Part shown: positions 19,866 through 29,349 of the stretch, one piece after another
How the letters are laid out: the number at the start of each line of letters is the position of its first letter
How positions within the stretch are numbered: the stretch's first letter is position 1
Assembly (NCBI GenBank): GCA_049966715.1
Contig: JBMFUB010000001.1
Coordinates: forward strand, 80 to 64,079
Direction of reading: 5' to 3'
DNA: 64,000 nt
Source of the DNA: Candidatus Micrarchaeia archaeon
Lineage (GTDB): Archaea; Micrarchaeota; Micrarchaeia; Micrarchaeales; Micrarchaeaceae
Program-made: the position numbers and the translations under genes
Notes under the pieces: model-generated
What the model was told of the DNA's origin: nothing
What the model saw: the letters and a program-made list of their open reading frames with translations, nothing else
Databases searched by the model: none

Positions 19866-19976
19866 TTTTATTTTTTATTTTTTATAGACTGGATATATTA
19901 TTTATAAAATTTGATTTTAAAATATAAGAATTAGAATTAATAAAAACTAAATAAAAAAATAAAGGTCAAAATAAGA

Positions 19977-20219
19977 TTATTTTGTTGTTTTGACTATTAT
20001 TGCTTCTGCCACTTTTTCAACTCTTTCATATTTAACACTATTTTTTGTTAATGCTCCTTTTGTATTCTCATCACGTGTTATGTCCTCAAATTTTTTAAGC
20101 AGTAAATTAGCAACTGCTTTATTCTCCATGTCTAATATTATATCCTCAACAGTGCCTAATTTTTGTCCATTGTTTGTTATTATCTGCTTTCCATATAAGT
20201 CTGATATTAAAATAGCCAT
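19977..20219 (-). CDS. PRC-barrel domain protein
   Basis: 80 aa. 'DLYGKQIITNNGQKLGTVEDIILDMENKAVANLLL' matches the PRC-barrel pattern (l.G..V....G..lG.v.D...d...g.i..l.l). Confidence 0.7.
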   Translation of the reverse strand: MAILISDLYGKQIITNNGQKLGTVEDIILDMENKAVANLLLKKFEDITRDENTKGALTKNSVKYERVEKVAEAIIVKTTK

Positions 20220-20334
20220 ATATACACCTTTTTTAAATAAAGTTTTATTAAGATAAATTTATAAATATAATATATAAAAAAGATTATTAAAATATACGTT
20301 AAAATGAAAAAATAAAAGATTAAATTTCAAATAT

Positions 20335-20883
20335 TTACAAAATTTGTTTTATTCCTTTTGCAATAAATATCCTATTGATAGTTTCTCTAAGTTCTTTTTT
20401 TGTTTCTTCTTCTTTGTTTTTCATTAATTCTTTTTCAGCAGGTTCAAATAAATTAATATTGTTATTAATTAAGAAATTAAAATAATATTCTGTCAAATAA
20501 AAACTTTTTTTACCGCACTTGCTACAGAAATATAAAGGCATTACTGGAACATCAACAATTTTTTTTGCACTTTCGGAAACGCGCTCTAATGAATTTGAAT
20601 TGCAGTATGGACAATTTTTATTAATTTTAACATTATAAAAAACAATTTTTTCTATATTTAGTTTATTTCTTTTACAATATTCTAAAGCATATTTTTTAAT
20701 ATCGTTATTTGGTAAAGGCAGCTGTTCTAATATACCGCCATCAATATCAAATTTTGTTAATAAAACAAAATCCTCTTTTTTCTCCCACAATATAATAATA
20801 TTATTAATATCTAATCGCGCTTTACCAGCTATTAAGCCGAGTTTTGCTTTTTCGTCAATATTATTATTCTCTATTTTTGTCAT
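20335..20883 (-). CDS. Hypothetical zinc-ribbon protein
   Basis: 182 aa with 'CPYCNSNS' ... 'CSKCGK' (C4 ribbon) and a charged helical C-terminus. No family recognised. Confidence 0.5.
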   Translation of the reverse strand: MTKIENNNIDEKAKLGLIAGKARLDINNIIILWEKKEDFVLLTKFDIDGGILEQLPLPNNDIKKYALEYCKRNKLNIEKIVFYNVKINKNCPYCNSNSLERVSESAKKIVDVPVMPLYFCSKCGKKSFYLTEYYFNFLINNNINLFEPAEKELMKNKEEETKKELRETINRIFIAKGIKQIL

Positions 20884-21064
20884 TTTGAATCATATTATCA
20901 AAATAAATATTTAATACAATATTTTAATACAAATAATATAAATTTTTAATACAATAATACAAATAGTATTAGTATAAATTAATTTTAATATTTAATTTTA
21001 ATATTTTAACATATATATAATTAAATTAATAATAAATAAATTTTTAATTAAGTCTTATATTATT

Positions 21065-21319
21065 TTAATCAAATTTTATTTTATAAGAGTCAATATCTTC
21101 TTGAAGTACAATTTTTCTACCAGATTTTTTGGCTCTATTTACTGCATATTTTGCAATTATTGAGGCTTTTTTCTCTAATAATTTCGCTATTTCTTCTGCA
21201 GCATTATCACTAATTCTAATATTATTTTTTTTAACTATTTTTTTTATCGTTAATTTAGATATTCCCAAAAAACCACCTTCCAAATTATTTGATTTATACT
21301 TTAGTTGTGCTTTAAGCAT
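21065..21319 (-). CDS. Archaeal histone (histone-fold, HMf-like); start codon ambiguous
   Basis: 'ISKLTIKKIVKKNNIRISDNAAEEIAKLLEKKASIIAKYAVNRAKKSGRKIVLQEDID' aligns with HMfB '[58 protein letters not shown]'. The ATG at 21319 gives an 18-aa N-terminal extension. The TTG at 21268, preceded by AGGTGG, gives a canonical 66-aa histone. Confidence 0.85.
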   Translation of the reverse strand: MLKAQLKYKSNNLEGGFLGISKLTIKKIVKKNNIRISDNAAEEIAKLLEKKASIIAKYAVNRAKKSGRKIVLQEDIDSYKIKFD

Positions 21320-21374
21320 CAGCACTCAAGATCTTCTTCATAGCTAAAAGCTCAGCGTAGTGCATTGTCATCAT
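21319..21374 (-). ncRNA. C/D box sRNA (2'-O-methylation guide), double-guide architecture
   Basis: Read on the minus strand: AUGAUGA (C, 21374-21368), 12 nt CAAUGCACUACG, CUGA (D', 21355-21352), 10 nt GCUUUUAGCU, AUGAAGA (C' variant, 21341-21335), 12 nt AGAUCUUGAGUG, CUGA (D, 21322-21319). The box order and both 12-nt guide spacings match the canonical archaeal pattern. Confidence 0.7.
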
Positions 21375-21853
21375 ATAATAAATTGTTTAAGTACTAATAT
21401 AAATATATTATTATTTTATATTTACATTATTAACTTTGCTAATATTATTAATAATAAATTTACCATCACGACGGTATATTAAGATAATAAAAGTTTTATA
21501 CGTGCGATATCGTTAACAAAAAGTATAAATATTTAATTGAATAATAACATAAAAATATTATTAATATATTAAAAAATATAAAAGAAAATCAACGAAAAAT
21601 AAAGGAAAATAGCTGTTAATAATAGTGCTTTTTGCTATTTTTATATATATTTAAATTTATTTTTGTTTTTGATTGATTTAAAGATTTACAGAATAGTCTT
21701 TTATGCAGCACATATAATTATATAATAATTATAATCTTAAATTTCAATAAAAATAAAATAAAAATAATTAATATTCAATTAATATTTAATAATCAATAAT
21801 AATTAATAATACTCAATAATAATATAATTAATAAATAATAATAAAGTGATAAA

Positions 21854-22498
21854 ATGGAATTTATAAAAAATGAGGATAAAATAGAAATAAAGAAAATTTT
21901 CGACAGCAAACTAGTTAATGATGTAAACATAATGGTTTTTACATCAAAAGATAAATCGAAATGTATGTATTGTTCTGAAACTGTAGCACTTTTAAAAGAG
22001 TTGAGTGCTTTAAGTTCAAAATTAAAAGTAACTGAATATGATATAGTTTCAAATGCTAAAGAGGCAAAATTTATGGGAATTGATAAAGTACCCGCTATTG
22101 TATTGGGCGGCAAGATAATATATAATATGTATTATTTTGGAATACCAACAGGTTACGAATTTGCTTCACTGCTTGAAGATATAATTGATGTTTCAACCGG
22201 TCAAACGAGATTAAGTGCCGCTACGAAAGAAGCACTTAAAAAATTTGATAAGCCTATCGATATTAAAATATTTGTTACACCAACATGCCCGTGGTGCCCT
22301 AAAGCAGTCAGAACTGCACACCAATTTACCCTAGAAAACAATAAAATAAAAAGCAGTATGATAGAGGCAACAGAGTTCCCTGATTTATCACAAGATTATG
22401 GGGTTATGGCGGTTCCAAAAATAGTGATAAATGATAAGGAATCATTTGAAGGTGCACAGCCAGAAGAGGTGTTTCTCGAATATATAAGAAAAGCTTAA
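21854..22498 (+). CDS. Protein disulfide oxidoreductase (PDO; two thioredoxin-fold units, glutaredoxin-like)
   Basis: Two CxxC sites, 'CMYC' in the N-terminal unit and 'CPWCP' in the C-terminal unit. The size and layout match Pyrococcus PDO. 'EFPDLSQDYGVMAVPKIVIN' is typical. Confidence 0.85.
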   Translation: MEFIKNEDKIEIKKIFDSKLVNDVNIMVFTSKDKSKCMYCSETVALLKELSALSSKLKVTEYDIVSNAKEAKFMGIDKVPAIVLGGKIIYNMYYFGIPTGYEFASLLEDIIDVSTGQTRLSAATKEALKKFDKPIDIKIFVTPTCPWCPKAVRTAHQFTLENNKIKSSMIEATEFPDLSQDYGVMAVPKIVINDKESFEGAQPEEVFLEYIRKA

Positions 22499-22586
22499 AT
22501 AAATTAGGGTATAATTCATATTGCAAATATATTGTTTTTAATTTTATTTTTATAAATATTTATAATTTGTATTTAGGTGAAAAAAA

Positions 22587-22910
22587 ATGGTTGTAAAAGA
22601 TATAGAGCAATCTAATTTTGAGGAAGAAGTATTAAAATCAAATATACCTGTAGTAATAGATATGTGGGCAGAATGGTGTGGTCCATGCAGAGTATATTCA
22701 CCAATATTTGATGAATTATCAAAGGATTATGAAGGGAAAATAAAATTTGTAAGATTAAATGTTGACAATAATCCCGAAATCGCAGAAAAATATAATATAA
22801 TGAGTATACCAACAACTTTAGTTTTTGTAAATGGCAAAGTAAAAGCTGCACAAATAGGGGCGATGCCAAAAGATATGGTTAAAAAATGGTTGGATAAAAT
22901 TATAAAATAA
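22587..22910 (+). CDS. trxA: Thioredoxin
   Basis: 'WAEWCGPCR' active site, '[10 protein letters not shown]', 107 aa. GGTGA Shine-Dalgarno sequence upstream. Confidence 0.93.
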   Translation: MVVKDIEQSNFEEEVLKSNIPVVIDMWAEWCGPCRVYSPIFDELSKDYEGKIKFVRLNVDNNPEIAEKYNIMSIPTTLVFVNGKVKAAQIGAMPKDMVKKWLDKIIK

Positions 22911-23024
22911 TTAAAATAATCTGATTTGTTTTATATTGCCTATTATTTTTATTATTTCATTTTTCTTTTAAATAATTGCTTTTGATATTTTTATAAAATA
23001 TGCTTAGAAATTCTGCAGGATCTA

Positions 23025-23045
23025 TTGTGTGAAAATATCACACAA
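23025..23045. promoter_or_regulatory. Perfect 8-bp inverted repeat TTGTGTGA-aaata-TCACACAA in the trxA/GNAT spacer (operator or RNA hairpin candidate)
   Basis: Read directly: the arms are at 23025-23032 and 23038-23045. It is unusually G/C-containing for these spacers. Confidence 0.3.
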
Positions 23046-23259
23046 CATCTCTATATTTCCTACTGATATTAATGATATAAATAAGAAATTAATTATGCAC
23101 TGTCTAAAAAGATATATTGTATTATCTAATCTTGAGGAATTGCTTTATTAAATGCTTAATATATTAATATATAATTTATCTATCAAATATTTATATTAAT
23201 TATATTAATTTATATTTATAATTTATTTTTAAGTTATATATTTTATCACGGTAACTTAA

Positions 23260-23808
23260 ATGGACCCTGGAGAATTTATAGAAGAATTTATTACCAAAGA
23301 CAATAAAAAAATTAAAATAAGAGCTATTGATTCAAGAGATGTTAATAATATAGTTGAATTTACAAATAAGTTAATTGAAGAAGATGCACCTATATTATTA
23401 AGTGAAAAGCAGGATTATAATTCAGGATTTTCTTATGTTTATAATTTAATAAATAATATGGCAAAAAATAAAGGGCTATCAATTATTGCTGAGTATAATG
23501 ATGAACTAATTGCATATGCTGATTTAATAAAGCATTTAGGAAGAGAAGAACATATCGGTGAGTTGGGTATAATAATTAGCAAAGATTTTAGAAACAAAGG
23601 GCTGGGATACGAATTAATGAATATTTTAATTAGAATTGCTAAAGAGCAGAATTGTCAAATTCTTACATTGCACGTTTATTCACATAACCTTGCTGCAATA
23701 CGTCTATATGAAAAACTGGGGTTTAGAAAAGCAGGTGTTATACCAAAAGCTGCGTTTTTTAATAATGTAGGCTATGTTGATAATATTAATATGTATAAGA
23801 GCATTTAA
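23260..23808 (+). CDS. GNAT-family N-acetyltransferase
   Basis: Acetyl-CoA binding motif A 'ISKDFRNKGLGYELMN' (Q/RxxGxG/A). 'AIRLYEKLGFRKAG' is typical of the GNAT C-terminal region. Confidence 0.85.
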   Translation: MDPGEFIEEFITKDNKKIKIRAIDSRDVNNIVEFTNKLIEEDAPILLSEKQDYNSGFSYVYNLINNMAKNKGLSIIAEYNDELIAYADLIKHLGREEHIGELGIIISKDFRNKGLGYELMNILIRIAKEQNCQILTLHVYSHNLAAIRLYEKLGFRKAGVIPKAAFFNNVGYVDNINMYKSI

Positions 23809-23986
23809 CATATTAATAATATTATTTTATTTTTCAATAAATAAATTCCAAATATAAATAAAATGTAAATTAATAGCTATTATTAATATATAATAAAATG
23901 AAAGGGTAAATATAAAAAGAATAACAAATAATATTAATAGTTTAAATTAATATTTTAGAATAAAACGTTAATAAAATTGTGATATA

Positions 23987-25270
23987 ATGCAAAATATACC
24001 TTTTCCAAGAGGTGTTAGGGATCTTATGCCAAATGAGGCGCTCTTTAAAAATAAAATACTAAATAAAATAGAAAACGTATATAAAAAATTTGGATTTTTA
24101 ACCTATGAAACTCCTGTCTTTGAGTCTATTAAATTAATGCAGATAAAAGGAGGTATTGGCGAAGGTTCGAAAGAGGTTTTTGAAATAAAAGACGAGGATT
24201 TTGCATTGCGCTTTGATTTAACTTTAGGGCTTGCTAGATTTATCGCTATGCACCAAGAAATTCCAATGCCATTTAAGCGTTATTTTATAAACAAATGTTG
24301 GAGGAAGGAGGAGCCGCAAAAACTCAGATACCGTGAATTTACACAGGCTGATGTTGATATAGTTGGAAGTCGATCAACATTTTCTGATGCAGAGGTGATT
24401 GCAGTACAAGCTAAAGTGCTTGAAGAGCTTAATATTGATTACATTATAAGAATTAATGACAGGCGATTTATTAAAAAACTCCTTGAATCTATAAATATAA
24501 CTGGGGATTTGGAGATAAATGTAATGCGCGCTATAGACAAACTTGATAAATTGGGCAAAGACGGTGTTTTAGATGCCTTGCAGAAATTAGGAATCACTGG
24601 AGATAAATTAGATAAGCTTGGATACCTAATAAAACAAAATAAATCTAATGAAGATGCTCTTGCATATATTAATAACTACTCGCCAGATGTCGGGAAAGAA
24701 TTAAATGATTTAATCGAACTATTAAATTTTTATAAATTGAGTGGAAAGATAATTATTGATATGTCACTGATGCGTGGTTTTGATTACTATACAGGAATGG
24801 TTGTAGAATATAATGTAAATGAAGCGAGTATTAAATCCTCTATTGGCGGAGGTGGAAGATACGATAATTTAATCCAACTTATAAATAATAAGCAGCAAGT
24901 TCCTGTTGTTGGTACAAGTCTGGGTATTGATAGAATACTTGATATACTTGGATTTTCTGATTCGCCGAAAATAAATACCGCGGATGTATTTGTTGTAAAT
25001 GTAAAAGATAATAATTATAAATATGCGCTCCAAATTGCAAATGAGCTACGCAATAATAACATATCTGTTGATATGAATGTTACTAGTAGAAATATATCAA
25101 ATCAATTAGCGTATGCAAATGCACTAAAATATAAATATGCTATTATAGTTGGTGATGTAGAAGAAAAGCTCGGTAATATTAAAATAAAGAATTTGATTGA
25201 TGGAACCGAACAGACCGTAATGTTAGCAGATGTTATAAATATATTAGCAGGCATTAATTATCAAAGTTAA
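23987..25270 (+). CDS. hisS: Histidyl-tRNA synthetase
   Basis: 'RGVRDLMPNEA', class II motif 2 region 'RYREFTQADVDIVG', 'GGGGRYDNL', and 'GTSLGIDRI' (motif 3), plus an anticodon-binding C-terminal domain. Confidence 0.95.
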   Translation: MQNIPFPRGVRDLMPNEALFKNKILNKIENVYKKFGFLTYETPVFESIKLMQIKGGIGEGSKEVFEIKDEDFALRFDLTLGLARFIAMHQEIPMPFKRYFINKCWRKEEPQKLRYREFTQADVDIVGSRSTFSDAEVIAVQAKVLEELNIDYIIRINDRRFIKKLLESINITGDLEINVMRAIDKLDKLGKDGVLDALQKLGITGDKLDKLGYLIKQNKSNEDALAYINNYSPDVGKELNDLIELLNFYKLSGKIIIDMSLMRGFDYYTGMVVEYNVNEASIKSSIGGGGRYDNLIQLINNKQQVPVVGTSLGIDRILDILGFSDSPKINTADVFVVNVKDNNYKYALQIANELRNNNISVDMNVTSRNISNQLAYANALKYKYAIIVGDVEEKLGNIKIKNLIDGTEQTVMLADVINILAGINYQS

Positions 25271-25493
25271 TATGTAAAATATTAAAATGTGTGTATTTAT
25301 TATCTTATTATATGATAATATCATATTAAAAAAATTAAAGATTATAGGCAATAATTATTAATTATATTATAAATAAAAAATTAAGATGAATTGATAATAT
25401 AAAAATCGATAATATAAATAATATATATAAATTAAAAAATAAATATAGAAATAAATTTAAAGAATATTATAATAAAAATAAATTGGTGTGTTT

Positions 25494-26021
25494 ATGGCTA
25501 AAAAAAATGATGTTGATATAGTTACTGAGGAAAAGATAGCAAAAGGAGGTGTATTAGTAAAATTTTACTTTGATATTCAAGATAAAGACAAGAGTAAACT
25601 ACAGCCGCTTCTTATTGATTTAATTAACAATGGCTTAATGAAAGAGCACGGTATTGTTTATGTTTATGGAAGTATAGAAGAACCTATAGAAAGCCATGGT
25701 GTTTATGTAACAAGCGGAGAAATAACTGCTCTTTTTGATAATTTTATGCCTTTGGTAACTGTTGCATTCAAATATGCACCTGCTGGAGTTGAAATACTAA
25801 AGCCAGATAGGGAGATGGTTTTTAAAGTGAGCCAATTGCAATCATTGCTCATGGATATTTCACAAGTCTCTTTAGACTATTCAAAACTAATTTTAGAGAA
25901 AGTTTTAAAGCCCGAGGAATTAGAAGATATAGAAAAGAAGCTGGAGAACAGAGCGATGCTTGGCAAGAAGTTTATTGAAGAGAGCAACAATAACAGTAAA
26001 AATTTAGAAGAAAAGAAGTAA
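25494..26021 (+). CDS. Hypothetical protein
   Basis: 175-codon ORF. The ATG at 25494 is preceded by GGTG, and the track's GTG at 25488 is part of that Shine-Dalgarno sequence. No family recognised. Confidence 0.5.
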   Translation: MAKKNDVDIVTEEKIAKGGVLVKFYFDIQDKDKSKLQPLLIDLINNGLMKEHGIVYVYGSIEEPIESHGVYVTSGEITALFDNFMPLVTVAFKYAPAGVEILKPDREMVFKVSQLQSLLMDISQVSLDYSKLILEKVLKPEELEDIEKKLENRAMLGKKFIEESNNNSKNLEEKK

Positions 26022-26253
26022 AATCTATGCATCAATTAATATTTATTAATGCCACTATTATATTTTTGAAGTTACAGCAATCACTTAATAAAAGTTGTTG
26101 CTAATAGACTAATGGAAGTATAAATCTATTAATAATGAATAAATCAATAAAAAATTAATTAAATATTATAAAACTCTTTTTGTGCAAATAAATAAGTTGT
26201 TGCATCTAAAAAATAAAATTAAAAAGAATTAAAAAATAAAAATAAATTGAATG

Positions 26254-27390
26254 TCAACATTGTTTCGATGTTGAGCATATAAATATTCCACAAGCGCCAA
26301 TCCTATTTGCTTTTAGATATCCAGTTTCAAGCGATATGGAATTCATATCAAGATATGCTCCTTTTAATGTTGTATTCACTATTGAATTAGTGCTTAAATT
26401 CATAGTAATTATTATAGCGTTTCCCGTTGTATCTGGATCTTTTGAGTAGGTTTTATAAATTGCAGTATAAAGCTGTGGGGTTGAGTTTGTTATGTTTAGT
26501 GTAAGTTTATATGGTACAAGTGAGCTTATGTTAGCGTAGCTATCAGAGCCTGTTGCCTGTACTCCATATAGGTTGAAATATGTGCTATTATATTTTGATG
26601 CACTGCAGTTAACCTCATCTGCGTATAATATTGTATAGTTGAGCATTATTGGATAATAAGCACTCGTGCTTAAAATGCTCTTGGCTTTATTCAATGCTAT
26701 TGTGTTTGCCTCTGTTGTGCTTGTTGAGCTTGACGGGCTTTGAGTACCGCTTGGTGTGCTCGATGGGGTATTTGATGCGATAGTGTTTGACGGAATCGTA
26801 TTTGAGTTTGGCGTATTTGAGCTTGTGGTGCTGCGGCTACTTGAGCTATTGCCAGCCCCACTGCTTGGACGCATCGCCATATTTAATGTATTGTTTATAA
26901 AAGAGATTCTCTCTGCTGTTGGCGTTTCCATCAAGCTTAGCTGTATTGGTATTAGCTCAACCTCTGCGCCATTTGAGCCAATATTCTTTAACATAATCCT
27001 TAAATCTGCATAGCTACTGTTTAAGTTAACATCAGTAAAATTATTCAAGGGTACTTCAACAATCATCGTTGGATTTACAAATATTGGAAATTTTGTTATA
27101 GAAAATGTAGCTTCTGAACTATAATTTGAATATGCAAGAAACTGTATCGAATATTCATTTCCATATAAAGATATCAATTTCGGAGAATTAAATAAAATAA
27201 GCATTGTTGGTTGGCTTATCTCCTCAATTCCACTATAATTTAAAAACATATTTATTATTGAATATATAATTAAGACAAAAAGTAAAAATATTATAATATA
27301 ACCTAAATATTTTAAATTTCTTTTATTTTTATTATTTCCGATTACTTTTTGTTTATTTTTATTATTTTTTTTAACATTTATGACTTCCAT
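26254..27390 (-). CDS. Membrane-anchored extracellular protein with an S/T/P-rich linker
   Basis: Basic N-terminus and one TM helix (LGYIIIFLLFVLIIYSIINMFL). The central tract is 'SSSSRSTTSSNTPNSNTIPSNTIASNTPSSTPSGTQSPSSSTSTT'. Many N-x-S/T sequons. C-terminal Cys cluster. Confidence 0.55.
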   Translation of the reverse strand: MEVINVKKNNKNKQKVIGNNKNKRNLKYLGYIIIFLLFVLIIYSIINMFLNYSGIEEISQPTMLILFNSPKLISLYGNEYSIQFLAYSNYSSEATFSITKFPIFVNPTMIVEVPLNNFTDVNLNSSYADLRIMLKNIGSNGAEVELIPIQLSLMETPTAERISFINNTLNMAMRPSSGAGNSSSSRSTTSSNTPNSNTIPSNTIASNTPSSTPSGTQSPSSSTSTTEANTIALNKAKSILSTSAYYPIMLNYTILYADEVNCSASKYNSTYFNLYGVQATGSDSYANISSLVPYKLTLNITNSTPQLYTAIYKTYSKDPDTTGNAIIITMNLSTNSIVNTTLKGAYLDMNSISLETGYLKANRIGACGIFICSTSKQC

Positions 27391-27535
27391 AATAATCCCC
27401 TTCTTTTAGATTATTAGATAAAAGGATTTAAAATATTATCTTTATTTTTTACAAATATTTTATGATACTTCAATTATACAAATTTTTTGCAAAGGATTAT
27501 ATTTTTTTGTAGTAAGTTATATTTAAGGTGTTCTT

Positions 27536-28729
27536 ATGACTGGAGAGGAAGTATTCAAAAATGATTTATTAAGTATATTGAATGAGAAGCAGCAGATATC
27601 TTTTAATGATTTAAGAGATATTGCATTTAGTCGCGGCATAGCTGAAAATGTGCTTAATAGCATGCTTTCAGAATTGGAGAAAAATAGAATTATTGCTTCA
27701 AGGAGCAATGGTGGTATATTAACATACTATATGCTACAAGAACAGAACCATTTAAAAAAAGTTATTATTGTCGAAGACGATAAAAATATCAATAAACTCA
27801 TGGCGCTTTCAATAGGAAAGAATTATAATATTACACAGATATATGATGGTGGAGAAGCGGTTGCTGCGATAAGATCTCAAAAACCTGAATTGGTTATACT
27901 TGATTTAATGCTTCCCAATAAAGATGGATTGGATATATGCCAGACTGTTAAATCAGATCCAGAAATTAAAAATACTGTAATAATACTTGTAAGTGCTATG
28001 GATCCAACAAGTAATAGATTTAAGGGAATAAAATATGGTGCTGATTATTATATAAAAAAGCCTTTTGATCCTAGCGAACTTAGAACTCTCGTTACTCTAT
28101 TTTTAGAGAAAAAGGGAAAACGCTTTGATCCACTTATAGATTTACCTGATGAGGAAAGGATTTCAAATGAGATAGAGCATTCTATTAAAGAAGGGGAGAA
28201 ATATACAATTGGAATATTAAAAATAGATGGTCTTGGCGATTATGCATCGAGAATTGGGGAGCATTATGCAATAACAATCCTAAGGCTTGTTTCACAGCTG
28301 CTTCAAGATGCAATAAAGCAGAATGCACCAAATGTTTTTGTTGGATTTTTAAACAGCGATGAATTTGTCATTACAGGTATGCGTGAAAATGTAGACAAAG
28401 TTGTTCATGAGGTGCAAAAAGAATTTAATGCTGTGCTGCCATTCTTAATACAAGATGCAGGTTATAAACAGATTGATCTTAATATTGATTCATTATTTGA
28501 AACTGAAGAAGTGCCGAAATTAACACTGCAGTTTACTATTTCAGAGAAAGAAAAATTAAAAGAAAGGAGGAATGAAGTTCTTAAAAACAAAGGGGTTTCT
28601 ACAAACGATATAGGCTCTTATACTTATGATGAATTACAGAAGATCTTTGGCAATGAAGACTTTGATATTATTATAACAAGAGATTCTGAAGGAGTTAAAA
28701 TGCGTGTTGGTAAAAAGAGCGATAAATAA
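27536..28729 (+). CDS. Response regulator: N-terminal winged-helix, CheY-like receiver, and a C-terminal degenerate GGDEF/nucleotidyl-cyclase-like domain
   Basis: The receiver has 'VIIVEDD', the phospho-acceptor 'LVILDLMLPNKDG', 'ILVSA' and 'YIKKPF'. The C-terminal region 'DPLIDLPDE...IGILKIDGLGDYASRIGEHYAITILR...VFVGFLNSDEFVITG' parallels GGDEF 'D.LT.L.NR...DiD.FK..ND..GH..GD..L...R.GGDEF', with NSDEF replacing GGDEF. Confidence 0.75.
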   Translation: MTGEEVFKNDLLSILNEKQQISFNDLRDIAFSRGIAENVLNSMLSELEKNRIIASRSNGGILTYYMLQEQNHLKKVIIVEDDKNINKLMALSIGKNYNITQIYDGGEAVAAIRSQKPELVILDLMLPNKDGLDICQTVKSDPEIKNTVIILVSAMDPTSNRFKGIKYGADYYIKKPFDPSELRTLVTLFLEKKGKRFDPLIDLPDEERISNEIEHSIKEGEKYTIGILKIDGLGDYASRIGEHYAITILRLVSQLLQDAIKQNAPNVFVGFLNSDEFVITGMRENVDKVVHEVQKEFNAVLPFLIQDAGYKQIDLNIDSLFETEEVPKLTLQFTISEKEKLKERRNEVLKNKGVSTNDIGSYTYDELQKIFGNEDFDIIITRDSEGVKMRVGKKSDK

Positions 28730-28806
28730 ATAGGAAAATAAGGTTAAATGTTTATAAATATTTACAAGAGTTTTAAATAATAATAATTTAAAGATGATTG
28801 GACTAC

Positions 28807-29349
28807 ATGAAACACGATAAGCTTCAATCTGCAATAGATTTTATGATCGCATATAGTATAGCACTTGCAATAATAATAGCAGTAATTGCGATTATAATGA
28901 AAATAAATATTCTTGGTGTAAATATAGCACCACAATCATGTACTTCAGCACCTCTATTTTCATGTGGCGACATCTTATACTCTTCTAATGGAATCTTAAC
29001 ATTTTCATTTTCCCAAGCTATAGGTGGTGCTATTAATATAACCGCTGTGGCGTGTTCTAGCGCAATTAATGCAACAAATTATGCTCCACAATACGGAAAC
29101 ATTTATTTATTAGGTTATAATCAGGCTCATCAATATTATCCGAACAACATGCTTTCTAACGGTATAATAATGTATAGCGATTCTTCTGCAACTATTCAAG
29201 TTTACTGCTATGATGGAAGCAATATAGAAACTGAAGCGCCGGGCTCAACAGTTACAGATTATGTTTGGATAAATTATACCTCTACCGCACTACCTAAAAA
29301 TTATTATACTATAGAAAAAGTTTTGCAATTCTCAACAAAAGTGAGTTAA
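28807..29349 (+). CDS. Archaeal type IV pilin-like protein (class III signal peptide)
   Basis: A short basic leader 'MKHDKL' is followed by 'QSAIDFMIAYSIALAIIIAVIAIIM', which is the QSA(I/M)(E/D)(Y/F)(L/M)..Y pattern of archaeal pilin-like proteins. The rest is a sequon-bearing extracellular domain. The track's TTG at 28798 is less likely than the ATG at 28807. Confidence 0.65.
   Translation: MKHDKLQSAIDFMIAYSIALAIIIAVIAIIMKINILGVNIAPQSCTSAPLFSCGDILYSSNGILTFSFSQAIGGAINITAVACSSAINATNYAPQYGNIYLLGYNQAHQYYPNNMLSNGIIMYSDSSATIQVYCYDGSNIETEAPGSTVTDYVWINYTSTALPKNYYTIEKVLQFSTKVS

Noticed and set aside
23461-23510. AUGAUGA followed by CUGA at +14 inside the GNAT gene, and many other UGAUGA occurrences inside coding regions.
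   Set aside because: The spacing is wrong (14 or 15 nt rather than 12), there is no second C'/D box pair, and the sites are located inside conserved coding sequence. These are chance matches.
25494-26021. Possible aEF-1beta-like protein, based on an 'EEPIE' segment resembling the EEPIAFGL motif.
   Set aside because: Only a 5-residue resemblance. The length (175 aa) and the rest of the sequence do not match aEF-1beta. Left as hypothetical.
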